Shown here piece by piece: positions 10,713 to 20,411 of a DNA stretch of 64,000 nt. The DNA lies in NCBI GenBank assembly GCA_963850595.1, contig CAWKLS010000002.1, positions 903,711-967,710 of the forward strand. Reading direction: 5' to 3'. Source of the stretch: an uncultured Alphaproteobacteria bacterium. Lineage in GTDB: Bacteria; Pseudomonadota; Alphaproteobacteria; Acetobacterales; Acetobacteraceae. The notes under the pieces were generated by a model. The model did no database searches. It was not told the DNA's origin and worked only from the letters and a program-made list of their open reading frames with translations. Position 1 is the stretch's first letter. Each line of letters begins with the position of its first letter. The position numbers and the translations under genes were made by a program.

Positions 10713-11288
10713 ATGGCCGATACCGCCAGCGCGACCGTTCGCGACGCCATCACCACGGTCGGCGTCGCCGACCCCGCCAAGCGCGACTTCCTGAAGTTAG
10801 TGACCGGCAGCGCCGTCGCAATCGGCGTTGGCGCGATCGTTTGGCCGTTCGTGGATAGCATGAACCCCGCCAAGGACATCTTGGCGCTGTCCAGTATCGA
10901 GGTTGACCTGGCGCCGGTCCAGGAGGGCCAGGCCATCACCGTGGTATGGCGCGGCAAGCCGATCTTCGTTCGCAACCGCACCGCTGATGAGATCAAGGGC
11001 GCGGAGAGCGTCGCGCTTAACCAGCTGATCGACCCGCAATCCGACGCCGACCGCGTGAAGGCCGGCAAGGAGAAATGGCTGGTGGTGATCGGTATCTGCA
11101 CGCACCTCGGCTGCGTGCCGCTGGGCAACAAGATCACCGACCCGCGCGGCGATTACGGCGGCTGGTTCTGCCCTTGCCACGGCAGCCAATACGACACGTC
11201 CGGGCGTGTCCGCCACGGCCCGGCGCCGGCGAATTTGGGACTGCCGCCCTACACCTTCGCGGGCGACACCAAGATCAAGATAGGCTGA
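10713..11288 (+). CDS. petA: Ubiquinol-cytochrome c reductase, Rieske iron-sulfur subunit
   Basis: The Rieske motifs are CTHLGCVP and [16 protein letters not shown] sits upstream of ATG 10713, and this is the first gene of the petABC order. Confidence 0.93.
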   Translation: MADTASATVRDAITTVGVADPAKRDFLKLVTGSAVAIGVGAIVWPFVDSMNPAKDILALSSIEVDLAPVQEGQAITVVWRGKPIFVRNRTADEIKGAESVALNQLIDPQSDADRVKAGKEKWLVVIGICTHLGCVPLGNKITDPRGDYGGWFCPCHGSQYDTSGRVRHGPAPANLGLPPYTFAGDTKIKIG

Positions 11289-11301
11289 GGAGAGCAAGCA
11301 A

Positions 11302-12588
11302 ATGGCAGGCCTACACAAATCCGAATTTGAGAACCCGGTCGTCAACTGGATCGATACCCGGATGCCCATCTTTACAATGATGCAGAAGGAGTATGGGTCT
11401 TTCCCGACTCCGAAGAACTTCAACTACTTCTGGAATTTCGGCGCACTGGCGATGATATCGTTGGCGATCATGATCGCCACCGGCATCTTCCTGGCGATGA
11501 ACTACACGGCGCATACCAGCCTCGCATTCGACAGCGTCGAGCGCATCATGCGCGACGTGAACTACGGCTGGCTGCTGCGCTACATCCACGCCAACGGTGC
11601 GTCGATGTTCTTCATCGTCGTCTATATCCACATTTTCCGCGCGCTGTACTACGGGTCATACAAGGCGCCACGCGAACTGCTGTTCATGCTCGGCGTGGTC
11701 ATCCTGCTGCTGATGATGGCGACCGCGTTCATGGGCTACGTGCTGCCATGGGGCCAGATGTCCTATTGGGGCGCCACGGTCATCACCAACCTGTTCTCGG
11801 CCATTCCGATCGTGGGTGAGAGCATCGTGACCTGGCTGTGGGGTGGCTTCAGCGTGGACAACCCGACGCTGAACCGGTTCTTCAGCCTGCACTATCTGAT
11901 GCCGTTCATGATCACCGGCGTCGTGTTCCTGCATATCGTGGCGCTGCACATCACCGGGTCGAACAACCCGCTCGGCATCGACGTCAAGAGCCCGCAGGAC
12001 ACGCTGCCGTTCCATCCATATTACACCGCCAAAGACAGCATTGGCATCTGCGTCTACCTGCTGGTGTTCGCTGGCCTGGTGTTCTTTGCGCCGAACCTGC
12101 TGAATCATCCGGACAACTACATCCCGGCGAACCCGCTGGTGACGCCGGCGCACATCGTGCCTGAGTGGTACTTCCTGCCATACTACGCTATCCTGCGGTC
12201 GGTGCCGAACAAGCTCGGTGGCGTCATCCTGATGTTCAGCTCGATCGCCGTGCTGTTCGTGCTGCCTTGGCTCGATACGTCGCCGGTGCGCAGCGCCCGG
12301 TTTCGGCCGATCTACAAGCAGCTTATCCTGGTGATGGTCGCAAGCTTCCTGGTGCTTGGCTATGTCGGCGGGAAGCCGCCGGAGGGGATCTACGTCGTGC
12401 TCGGCCGCGTGGCCACGGCCTATTGGTTCCTGCACTTCCTGGTGCTGCTGCCGATTTTGGGCAAGCTGGAGCGCCCGTTGCCGCTGCCGGAAAGCATCTC
12501 TCGCCCGGTGGTTCGCCGTCCGCCGTCCGGGGGCGGTGGTGGTCCGTTGCCGCAGGGCGCCACGGCAAAGCCGATGGAGAAGCCGTAA
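11302..12588 (+). CDS. petB: Cytochrome b
   Basis: The 428-aa polytopic protein contains [35 protein letters not shown] and [13 protein letters not shown]. Confidence 0.95.
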   Translation: MAGLHKSEFENPVVNWIDTRMPIFTMMQKEYGSFPTPKNFNYFWNFGALAMISLAIMIATGIFLAMNYTAHTSLAFDSVERIMRDVNYGWLLRYIHANGASMFFIVVYIHIFRALYYGSYKAPRELLFMLGVVILLLMMATAFMGYVLPWGQMSYWGATVITNLFSAIPIVGESIVTWLWGGFSVDNPTLNRFFSLHYLMPFMITGVVFLHIVALHITGSNNPLGIDVKSPQDTLPFHPYYTAKDSIGICVYLLVFAGLVFFAPNLLNHPDNYIPANPLVTPAHIVPEWYFLPYYAILRSVPNKLGGVILMFSSIAVLFVLPWLDTSPVRSARFRPIYKQLILVMVASFLVLGYVGGKPPEGIYVVLGRVATAYWFLHFLVLLPILGKLERPLPLPESISRPVVRRPPSGGGGGPLPQGATAKPMEKP

Positions 12589-13355
12589 TGCGCATCGCTC
12601 TCACTCTCGCCGTTTCGCTTATGGCGGGCGTGGCCTTCGCTCCTGGGGCATTTGCCCAGGGGCATGAGGCCGTCGAAGCGCCGAAGCAGCCCTGGAGCTT
12701 CAATGGGCCGTTCGGGACGTTCGACCGTGCATCGATGCAGCGCGGCTTCCAGGTCTATAAGGAGGTCTGTTCCAACTGCCACTCGATGAAGGAGATGTAT
12801 TACCGCAACCTGTCTTCCATTGGGTTGAATGACGAGCAGATCAAGGCGGTCGCCGCAAGCGTGACAGTCCCTGGTGGCACGGACGACTCGGGTCAGCCCG
12901 CAGAGCGAGCGGGGCTGCCATCGGATCATTTCCGGTCGCCGTTCGCCAATGACAAGGCTGCCCGGTCGGCGAACGGCGGCGCGTTGCCGCCGGACCAGTC
13001 GCTGATCGTCAAGGCCCGGGAAGACGGGTCTAACTATGTCTTTGCTTTGCTGAACGGCTACGAAGATGCGCCGCCGGGTGTGAAGGTCGGCGAGGGGCAG
13101 TACTACAACAAGTACTTCCCAGGCCACCAGCTCGCGATGCCCGCGCCGTTGCATGAAGGTGCCGTTACCTACGCCGATGGCACTCCGGCCACCGTCGAGC
13201 AGATGTCCCGCGACGTCACGCAGTTCCTGACCTGGACCTCGAACCCGGACTTGGAAGTGCGCAAGCGGATGGGCGTCAAGGTCGTCCTGTTCCTGACGCT
13301 GATGACCGGCTTGACCTATGCGGTGAAGAAGAAGGTGTGGAAAGACGTGCACTGA
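12588..13355 (+). CDS. petC: Cytochrome c1
   Basis: The start overlaps the petB stop (TAATG). It has a signal peptide [24 protein letters not shown], a heme motif CSNCHSM and a C-terminal membrane anchor VVLFLTLMTGLTYAV. Confidence 0.92.
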   Translation: MRIALTLAVSLMAGVAFAPGAFAQGHEAVEAPKQPWSFNGPFGTFDRASMQRGFQVYKEVCSNCHSMKEMYYRNLSSIGLNDEQIKAVAASVTVPGGTDDSGQPAERAGLPSDHFRSPFANDKAARSANGGALPPDQSLIVKAREDGSNYVFALLNGYEDAPPGVKVGEGQYYNKYFPGHQLAMPAPLHEGAVTYADGTPATVEQMSRDVTQFLTWTSNPDLEVRKRMGVKVVLFLTLMTGLTYAVKKKVWKDVH

Positions 13356-13381
13356 TCAGCGCTCGTCTGGACGTCATCAGC

Positions 13382-13414
13382 GCCGCGCGGTAACCCCGTG
13401 CGGCGTTGTTGTTT
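13382..13414 (+). terminator. Probable Rho-independent terminator after petC
   Basis: The stem gccgcgcg / cgtgcggc (one G-T pair) has a 7-nt loop and is followed by gttgttgttt. Confidence 0.5.
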
Positions 13415-13424
13415 GAGGGCTCGC

Positions 13425-14306
13425 ATGACAGACGAAATCACACCGGTCATCGGCATCATCGGCGGCTCCGGCCTGTATGACATCGCGGGCCTGGAGCATA
13501 AGCAGTGGCGCCGTGTTGAGACCCCTTGGGGTGAGCCGTCGGACGAACTGCTGTTCGGCGAGCTCGACGGCGTGCAGTGCGTGTTCCTGCCGCGGCATGG
13601 CCGCGGCCACCGCCTCTCGCCCACCCATTTGAACTACCGCGCCAACATCGACGCGTTGAAGCGCTCCGGCGTCACGGACGTGCTCTCGCTGTCGGCGGTG
13701 GGCAGCTTGAAGGAAGAATTGGCGCCCGGCCACTTCGTCATCGTGGACCAGTTCATCGACCGCAGCTTCGCCCGGGAAAAAAGCTTTTTTGGGGCTGGCT
13801 GCGTCGCCCATGTCTCGGTTGCCGACCCGGTCTGCCCGCGCATCGGCGACGTCGCCGATGCTGCCGCCCGTGCGATCGGCCTACCCGTCACCCGCGGCGG
13901 CACCTACCTCGTCATGGAGGGCCCGCAGTTCTCGACCCGGGCCGAAAGCAACCTGTATCGGAGCTGGGGCTGCAGCGTCATCGGCATGACTAACATGCCG
14001 GAGGCCAAGCTGGCGCGGGAGGCCGAGCTTTGCTACGCGACGGTCGCGATGGTGACGGATTACGACTGCTGGCACGATGGGCACGACGCCGTGTCTGTCG
14101 AGGCCGTCGTTCAGGTTATGCAGGAGAACGCAGATGCCGCACGGCGGCTGGTGCGCGCTATCGTGCCCGAACTCGGCAAGCAGCGCGGCCCATGTCCGGC
14201 AGGGTGCGACCGTTCGCTGGAGTATGCGGTCATCACCGCCCCTGACCAGCGTGACCCAGCTTTGATGGCGCGTTTGGATGCGGTGGCCGGACGCGTGCTC
14301 GCCTAA
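13425..14306 (+). CDS. mtnP: S-methyl-5'-thioadenosine phosphorylase
   Basis: Contains IGIIGGSGLYDI...VFLPRHGRGHRLSPTHLNYRANIDALK...VIGMTNMPEAKLAREAE. A GAGGG sits before ATG 13425. Confidence 0.9.
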   Translation: MTDEITPVIGIIGGSGLYDIAGLEHKQWRRVETPWGEPSDELLFGELDGVQCVFLPRHGRGHRLSPTHLNYRANIDALKRSGVTDVLSLSAVGSLKEELAPGHFVIVDQFIDRSFAREKSFFGAGCVAHVSVADPVCPRIGDVADAAARAIGLPVTRGGTYLVMEGPQFSTRAESNLYRSWGCSVIGMTNMPEAKLAREAELCYATVAMVTDYDCWHDGHDAVSVEAVVQVMQENADAARRLVRAIVPELGKQRGPCPAGCDRSLEYAVITAPDQRDPALMARLDAVAGRVLA

Positions 14307-14455
14307 ATCCGGCGTGTCACGAGCAGGGCGACGACGACCAAAGCCAGCACTCCCGCGGCGCCTCCAGGGAAAGAAGATAGGTCGATGTTGAACGCTGCCA
14401 GCTGCCCAAGGCTGATTAGCAGTGCGGCGATGACCAGGAACAGCAGCGTTATCAT
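14303..14455 (-). CDS. Possible 50-aa hydrophobic small protein
   Basis: This ORF is below the track's size cut-off and I translated it myself: MITLLFLVIAALLISLGQLAAFNIDLSSFPGGAAGVLALVVVALLVTRRI. It has two hydrophobic segments. Its stop overlaps the mtnP stop on the other strand. No homology evidence is available. Confidence 0.3.
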   Translation of the reverse strand: MITLLFLVIAALLISLGQLAAFNIDLSSFPGGAAGVLALVVVALLVTRRI

Positions 14456-14724
14456 GAGCGGTTCAGGCTGTTTGGGCGAGCGAACGTCATTGTAGCTCCT
14501 GCATGCATAGGACTTGACGACGATAGAGTGGGTTGTGGGAGCGGGCGGCGCACCGTTCCCCGGCCAAATAAGCTAATTGTTGCAATAAGTGCTCGTGAGG
14601 AAGCACACTGGGCCGATAGGCCGCACGGAAAGGCGCCGCCGCCTAATGTTGCCTTCCCTGAGCTGATGCATTCGCGACAAGGAGAATAGGTGAAACGATC
14701 ACACGCTGAGCTTGGGGCTGTTTG

Positions 14725-16041
14725 ATGAGATATGCTTCACGCGACGGCGGCGTGGTGATCGTTGGGGCAGGAGTGGCTGGGCTGTCCGCCGCGCGCCACC
14801 TGCGCCGGCACTGCATTGCGGTCACAGTGCTGGAGGCGTCTAGCCGGACCGGCGGGCGTGCGTTCACCGGGCGCCCGGCGTTGCTCGGCGACGCGGCATT
14901 TGACCATGGCGCGTCTTGGCTGCACGCAGCTGAGCACAATCCGTTGATGGCACTGGTTGATCCGTCCGAGGACACCTTGATCGACTCTGACGCTGCCCGC
15001 AGCGAGCGTCTTTTTATCGGTGATCGTCTTGCCGACGCCGGGGAGCAGGCGGCCTACGAAGCGGCCTGGGACCACCTCGATGAGGTCGTCGCCCCGGCTT
15101 TGGCCCCAAATCAGCCGGACTGCAGCCTTGCGGATGCGATGGCGCCGATGTGCGATGACCCCTGGGCGGCGACGGTCGCGGGGTGGGAGGGCGCCATCAT
15201 CGCTGCCGCCGATGCAGACGCGCTGAGCCTAAGGGACTGGCATCAAAATCGGCTGGCCGGTGCGAATTTAAATGTGGACGGCGGCCTCGGAGCGTTCGTC
15301 ACGCGACGCTTGGCAACCGATGTCGAGCTCAACACGCCGGTGAGCGCAATCGCCTGGGATGGCGCAGAAGGCGTGCGGGTCGAGACTGCGCGCGGCACGA
15401 TCCGCGCGGCGGGCTGCATCGTCACCGTCTCCACAGGCGTGCTGGCGTCTGGCGCGATCCGTTTTACGCCGGCCCTTCCGCATGACGTGCAGGCAGCGGT
15501 CGCCGGACTGCCGATGGGGCTGCTGTCGAAGGTGGCACTTCCCGGCGCTGGGCCGGGCTGCCTCGGGCTGCCTGCCAACACCGGACTGGTCCGGCAGATG
15601 CGCGCCGGCCGTGCCAACATGGCCTTCATCGCATGGCCACAGGGTGCCGGCCACCTCATCGGTTTCATCGGCGGCCGTGCCGCCTGGGACGTGGCAAATG
15701 ACCCTGCCGCGGCCGAGTCGCTCGCGCGGACAGAGCTGCGGGCCATGCTGGGGAGCACCGCGCATCTGGCTGACGGCGCCGTGGTGACCGGCTGGGCCAC
15801 CGATCCATTCTCGCTCGGCGCATACGCCTATGCGCCGCCGGGTCAGGCCGGAATGCGGCGGCAGTTGGAGGCGGCATTCCTCGCCGAGCGGCTGGTATTC
15901 GCCGGCGAGGCCTGCCGCACCGATGGGCTGGCCGGCACCGTCGGCGGCGCGTTCCTGAGCGGCAAGGCGGCCGCCGCCCGGCTAATGCAGCTCCTGCAGC
16001 CGCGCCAGCAGGAAATCGCGGAATACCGCGACGCGCTTTGA
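14725..16041 (+). CDS. FAD-dependent amine oxidase family protein
   Basis: The dinucleotide-binding motif VVIVGAGVAGLSAARHL...VLEASSRTGGRA and the C-terminal LVFAGEA motif are typical of flavin amine oxidases. Confidence 0.85.
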   Translation: MRYASRDGGVVIVGAGVAGLSAARHLRRHCIAVTVLEASSRTGGRAFTGRPALLGDAAFDHGASWLHAAEHNPLMALVDPSEDTLIDSDAARSERLFIGDRLADAGEQAAYEAAWDHLDEVVAPALAPNQPDCSLADAMAPMCDDPWAATVAGWEGAIIAAADADALSLRDWHQNRLAGANLNVDGGLGAFVTRRLATDVELNTPVSAIAWDGAEGVRVETARGTIRAAGCIVTVSTGVLASGAIRFTPALPHDVQAAVAGLPMGLLSKVALPGAGPGCLGLPANTGLVRQMRAGRANMAFIAWPQGAGHLIGFIGGRAAWDVANDPAAAESLARTELRAMLGSTAHLADGAVVTGWATDPFSLGAYAYAPPGQAGMRRQLEAAFLAERLVFAGEACRTDGLAGTVGGAFLSGKAAAARLMQLLQPRQQEIAEYRDAL

Positions 16042-16866
16042 ATTGCGCAGCTCCTCGGGATAGACAAAATACACCTCGACCTTCGGCGCCTTGAGGTCCG
16101 GCAGCAGCCGGGTCAGCCCATCGAGGTCGCCCGTCATCCAGTCCGGCAATACACCGATGCCCATTCCGGAGCGGATCGCCAACGCCATCGCATGCAGGCT
16201 GTTGACCTCAAGCAGTGCCCGGCGCGGCTGCCCGGCGCGGCGTCCGGCCTCCGCCAGCCAGTCGATGTCCGCGACCGGCGGGCGGTAGTCGCCGAACAGG
16301 ATGATCTTGTGGTCGTCCAGCTCCTCCGGCCGCGTCGGCGTGCCGTGCTTCCCGAGGTAGTCCGGATGCGCCACCACGAGCCACTGGATCTGCAGCAGAT
16401 GCCGCTGCACCAGGTCCGGCTGCTTCGGTGGATGCATGCGGATGGCGACGTCGGCCTCCCGCATCGCGAGGTCGAGGTCGGTGTCGTCGAGCAGCAGCGT
16501 CATCGTGACGTCGGGATACATCTCAAGGAAAGCCTGTAATCGCGGAGCCAGCCAGGTGGACCCGAAACCGACCGTGGTCGTGACCTTCAGCCGCCCCGCC
16601 GGCTTTTCCTTGCTCTCCGTCAGCAGCGCCTCGGTCATCGCGAGCTTGGCGAACACCTCCCGAACCGTGCGGTTCAGGCTCTCGCCCTGCTCGGTGAGGA
16701 TCAGGCCGCGGGCGTGACGATGGAACAGCGGGACCTGCAGCGCCTCCTCCAGCGCCGAGATCTGACGGGAGACCGCGGATTGGCTGAGGTTCAGCGTCTC
16801 CCCGGCATGGGTGAAGCTGCCGGCCTCGGCAACGGCATGGAATACGCGCAGCTTATCCCAATCCAT
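15982..16866 (-). CDS. LysR family transcriptional regulator
   Basis: The N-terminal HTH is MDWDKLRVFHAVAEAGSFTHAGETLNLSQSAVSRQISALEEAL, followed by a LysR substrate-binding-like C-terminus. Confidence 0.92.
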   Translation of the reverse strand: MDWDKLRVFHAVAEAGSFTHAGETLNLSQSAVSRQISALEEALQVPLFHRHARGLILTEQGESLNRTVREVFAKLAMTEALLTESKEKPAGRLKVTTTVGFGSTWLAPRLQAFLEMYPDVTMTLLLDDTDLDLAMREADVAIRMHPPKQPDLVQRHLLQIQWLVVAHPDYLGKHGTPTRPEELDDHKIILFGDYRPPVADIDWLAEAGRRAGQPRRALLEVNSLHAMALAIRSGMGIGVLPDWMTGDLDGLTRLLPDLKAPKVEVYFVYPEELRNSKRVAVFRDFLLARLQELH

Positions 16867-16947
16867 GCCCTTGCCTGTCCCCTGCTGACACAGCGCCGAA
16901 TCGACGCAGCGTTCTGCACTAGCCTAAACAGGAAAACAGACAAGTGG

Positions 16948-17928
16948 CTATTCTGCCGCTTGCGCCTCAACTTGCGCTGCGGGCTGCATCTGCAGCGTCA
17001 GGAACTTCTCAGCTTCCAGCGCGGCGATGCAGCCGGTGCCGGCGGCGGTGATCGCCTGGCGCCACAACTTGTCCTGCACGTCGCCAGCGGCGAACACGCC
17101 GGGGACCGAGGTCTGGGTGAGGCCGGGCTTGGTGATCACGTAGCCCTCGTCATCGAGTTCAACCTGGCCGCGGAAAATCGTCGTGTTCGGCATGTGGCCG
17201 ATAGCGATGAACACTCCGTCAACTGGCAGATGACTCAACGCGCCGCTGCGGACGTTGCGCAGCGTGACGCCGGTCACGACCTCGGGCTGGCCGCCGGCGG
17301 TGACCTCCTCGACGGCGCTGTCCCAGACGACCGTGATCTTGGGGTGGCTGAACAGCCGGCGCTGCAGGATCTTCTCGGCACGCAGGCTATCGCGGCGATG
17401 CACCAGCGTCACCTTGTCGGCGTGGTGCGTGAGATACAGCGCCTCCTCGACCGCGGTGTTGCCGCCGCCGATGACCGCGACCTGCTTGCCGCGATAGAAG
17501 AAACCGTCGCAGGTCGCGCAGGCCGACACGCCCGCGCCCTGCAGCCGCTTCTCCGACGGCAGACCGAGCCAGCGCGCCTGCGCCCCGGTCGCGATCACCA
17601 CGGTGTCGGCGAGGTACACGTCGCCGGAGTCGCCCATGCAGCGGAACGGCCGCTCCGAGAAATCAACGCTCATCAGCAGGTCGCTGATGATCCGCGTGCC
17701 GACATGCTCGGCCTGCTTCGCCATCTGCTCCATCAGCCAGGGACCTTGGATCGCGGTCTCAAAGCCTGGGTAGTTCTCGACGTCCGTCGTGATCATCAGC
17801 TGGCCGCCGGGCTGCAGGCCAGAGACCAGCACTGGGTCCAGGCCGCCGCGCGCCGCATAGATGGCCGCCGTGTAGCCAGCGGGCCCGGCGCCAATGATCA
17901 AGACTTGAGCATGGATCGTCTCTGGCAT
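16948..17928 (-). CDS. trxB: Thioredoxin-disulfide reductase
   Basis: Contains GAGPAGYTAAIYAAR, the redox-active CATCDG, and GGGNTAVEEALYLT. Confidence 0.95.
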   Translation of the reverse strand: MPETIHAQVLIIGAGPAGYTAAIYAARGGLDPVLVSGLQPGGQLMITTDVENYPGFETAIQGPWLMEQMAKQAEHVGTRIISDLLMSVDFSERPFRCMGDSGDVYLADTVVIATGAQARWLGLPSEKRLQGAGVSACATCDGFFYRGKQVAVIGGGNTAVEEALYLTHHADKVTLVHRRDSLRAEKILQRRLFSHPKITVVWDSAVEEVTAGGQPEVVTGVTLRNVRSGALSHLPVDGVFIAIGHMPNTTIFRGQVELDDEGYVITKPGLTQTSVPGVFAAGDVQDKLWRQAITAAGTGCIAALEAEKFLTLQMQPAAQVEAQAAE

Positions 17929-18075
17929 GGCTGCGCGGTTCCTTTGTCCTCAATCTACCATATCGGCGGGCCGGAGGGCCGTGCAAGCGAGGCCGCCCCT
18001 CTCGATGGTCATGGCAGGGTGTTCATGGCAGGGCTTCCGTAATATTGTTGCGCGGCAATTCGGATGAACGGGCCT

Positions 18076-18555
18076 ATGAAGCTGGATGGCGACGAAGTTG
18101 CGGAGTTGGACGAGATCGACCGGCGTATCCTCGCCGAGCTGCAGGTGGACGGCCGCATGACCAACGTCGAGCTGGCCCGCCGAGCCGACATCACGGCGCC
18201 GCCCTGCTTGCGCCGGGTCCGGCGGCTGGAGGAGGCCGGCATCATCCGCGGCTATCACGCCGACACCGATCCGGCCCGGCTAGGCTGGGAGATCGTGTTC
18301 TTCGCGCTGATTGGGCTGGAGAGCCAAAAGGAGACGGTGCTGTCGGCGTTTGAAGCGGAGGTGGCGGAGTGGCCGGAGGTGCGGGAGTGCCACATGATCC
18401 GCGGCGGCGGCGATTTCCTGCTGCGGCTGGTGGCGCGGGACACGGCGCATGAGAACGCGCTGACCCGCCGGCTGACGGGTGCAGCCTCGGTAAGCCGAGT
18501 GCAGACCCTGCAGACGATCCGCACCAGCCGAAACCTGGCCGGTGTGCCGCTTTAG
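18076..18555 (+). CDS. Lrp/AsnC family transcriptional regulator
   Basis: Contains LDEIDRRILAELQVDGRMTNVELARRADITAPPCLRRVRRLEEAGIIRGYHA. It is divergent from trxB. The start is either ATG 18064 or 18076. Confidence 0.9.
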   Translation: MKLDGDEVAELDEIDRRILAELQVDGRMTNVELARRADITAPPCLRRVRRLEEAGIIRGYHADTDPARLGWEIVFFALIGLESQKETVLSAFEAEVAEWPEVRECHMIRGGGDFLLRLVARDTAHENALTRRLTGAASVSRVQTLQTIRTSRNLAGVPL

Positions 18556-18582
18556 CGGAGGCCAGCCGGTAAGTTGATGCGG

Positions 18583-18840
18583 TCAGTTGATTCTGGGACG
18601 GGCGATGGCGCGATACACCAGCAAAATAATGACCGCACCGACAACTGCGCCGATGAACCCGGCCGACTCGTCCTGCCTGTACCAGCCCAGCGCCTGACCG
18701 AGATACGTCGCAACCATCGCGCCGGCGATGCCGAGCAGGACGGTGATGATGAACCCGCCGGGGTCACGGCCCGGCGTCAGAAGCTTGGCGACCAGTCCGG
18801 CCAGGCCGCCGATGATGATGGCGCCGATAAACGAGAACAT
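18583..18840 (-). CDS. GlsB/YeaQ/YmgE family stress-response membrane protein
   Basis: The 85-aa protein reads MFSFIGAIIIGGLAGLVAKLLTPGRDPGGFIITVLLGIAGAMVATYLG. Confidence 0.85.
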   Translation of the reverse strand: MFSFIGAIIIGGLAGLVAKLLTPGRDPGGFIITVLLGIAGAMVATYLGQALGWYRQDESAGFIGAVVGAVIILLVYRAIARPRIN

Positions 18841-18953
18841 GCGAGCACTCCGGCCATGTTGACTGCGCGGTCATAACCTGGCGGCCGTGGGATCGTCCAG
18901 CCAGGGCACTGCGGCGGCTTGACGCGTCGGCTTTGGCGGCGGATCGGAGGGGC

Positions 18954-20411
18954 ATGGCATTTTCTGCGCTGCTGATCCTGACGGCGCTGCGGCTTGTTGT
19001 GGCCGCTCTGACGCCGTTGTCGGAGGACGAGGCATATTATTGGGTCTGGTCGCACGCGCTGGCGCCGGGCTATCTCGACCATCCGCCGATGGTGGCGCTG
19101 TGGATCCGGGCGGGCACTGGGCTTCTGGGGCAGGACGCGCTGGGGGTGCGGCTGCTGGGTCCGCTTTCGGCGATGGCCGGGTCGGTGCTGGTGGCGCGAA
19201 CGGCCGAGCTGCTGTTTCCCGGCCGGCGGCTGGGGATGCCGGCGGCGGCGCTGCTGAACGGCACGCTGCTGATCGGGGCGGGAGCGGTGACGATGACGCC
19301 GGACACGCCGCTGCTGCTGTTCTGGGCCGCGACGCTGTGGGCGCTCGCGAGGCTGCTGCGGTCCGGCGATGGCCGCTGGTGGCTGGTGGTCGGCTTTACC
19401 GCCGGCTGCGCTATGGCGAGCAAATACACCGGAGGCTTCCTGGGAGTCGGCATCGTGCTGTGGCTCGCCTGGGTGCCTGGACAGCGCCGCTGGTTCCGCA
19501 GTTCTTATTTATGGCTCGGCGGCATCCTGGCGGCAGCGGTGTTCACGCCGGTTGTGTTTTGGAACGCGGAGCACGGCTGGGCCAGCTTTGCCAAGCAGGG
19601 CGGCCGGAACGGCGACTGGCACCCTAGCGCCGCGCTGGGCCATGTGGCGGAACTGCTGGGCGGGCAGGCGGGCCTGGCGACGCCTTTGGTGTTCGTCCTG
19701 CTGACCGCCGGCGTGTGGGTCGCCGCCCGGCGAGCCGCCGCGCGAGACCCGGCCTGGTCGCTGCTGGCGGCGATGACCCTTCCGGGCCTGCTGGTGTTCC
19801 TGGAGCACGCGATCGGCGACCGGGTGCAGGCGAACTGGCCGGCCATCGTCTATCCCGCCGCAGCGATCTGCGCCGCTGGGTTGGGATGGCGTCTGTGGCG
19901 GCCCGCAGTGGCACTCGGGCTGGCGATGACCGCGCTGGTCTATGTGCAGGGTGCGGCGGCGCCTTTCCCATTGCCACGTCGTCTGGACCCGACGCTGATC
20001 CGGCTCGGCGGCTGGGACGGCGTGTCCCGCGACCTGGAGGCGATGCGCCGTCAACGGGGCGTAGCTTGGATCGCCTCCGAAGCATACGGCGTCGCGAGCC
20101 TGCTGGCCTGGCGCGCGCCGCTGGACGTGCCGGTCTTGGGGGCGGCGGACCGCTGGGCGCTGGTCCGCCTGCAGCACTCGGACGATGCTGGCCCCGGGCT
20201 GCTGCTCCTCAGCCAGCGCCGCTCCGAGCCGCCAGACCCGGCGTATTGGGCGACGGCCGAGGAGGTCGGCCAGATCGTCCGCACCCGCGGCGGCGTGCCG
20301 GACGGGGTGGAGGCCGAGCGGTTCCGCGTCTATCGTGCGACACCACGGCCAGGCGCCCCGATCATCCGCCTGCCGCACGCAGGAGACAGCAGTGCAGCTT
20401 CCGACCCATGA
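18954..20411 (+). CDS. Glycosyltransferase family 39 (ArnT/PMT-like) membrane protein
   Basis: The polytopic protein contains LSEDEAYYWVWSHALAPGYLDHPPMVALWIR. A GGAGG sits before ATG 18954. Confidence 0.85.
   Translation: MAFSALLILTALRLVVAALTPLSEDEAYYWVWSHALAPGYLDHPPMVALWIRAGTGLLGQDALGVRLLGPLSAMAGSVLVARTAELLFPGRRLGMPAAALLNGTLLIGAGAVTMTPDTPLLLFWAATLWALARLLRSGDGRWWLVVGFTAGCAMASKYTGGFLGVGIVLWLAWVPGQRRWFRSSYLWLGGILAAAVFTPVVFWNAEHGWASFAKQGGRNGDWHPSAALGHVAELLGGQAGLATPLVFVLLTAGVWVAARRAAARDPAWSLLAAMTLPGLLVFLEHAIGDRVQANWPAIVYPAAAICAAGLGWRLWRPAVALGLAMTALVYVQGAAAPFPLPRRLDPTLIRLGGWDGVSRDLEAMRRQRGVAWIASEAYGVASLLAWRAPLDVPVLGAADRWALVRLQHSDDAGPGLLLLSQRRSEPPDPAYWATAEEVGQIVRTRGGVPDGVEAERFRVYRATPRPGAPIIRLPHAGDSSAASDP

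Noticed and set aside
15982-16041. A 60-nt convergent overlap between the 3' ends of the amine oxidase and LysR genes.
   Set aside because: Such overlaps occur by chance in high-G+C genomes where stop codons are rare. Both C-termini look plausible, and nothing suggests a functional antisense arrangement.
16714-18042. This is a 442-aa plus-strand ORF. Similar very long ORFs occur at 28984-30723, 32049-33254, 36225-37658, 45565-46908, 47730-48920, 50405-51970, 52472-53956 and 57938-59485.
   Set aside because: All lie antisense to, or out of frame with, confidently identified genes (trxB, prpE, the RNase G-like gene, murA, the MBL/methyltransferase genes, the 2OG oxygenase, rmd/gmd, manC, the ABC importer). 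Their translations are Arg/Gly/Ala/Pro-rich low-complexity strings, typical of non-coding frames in high-G+C DNA.
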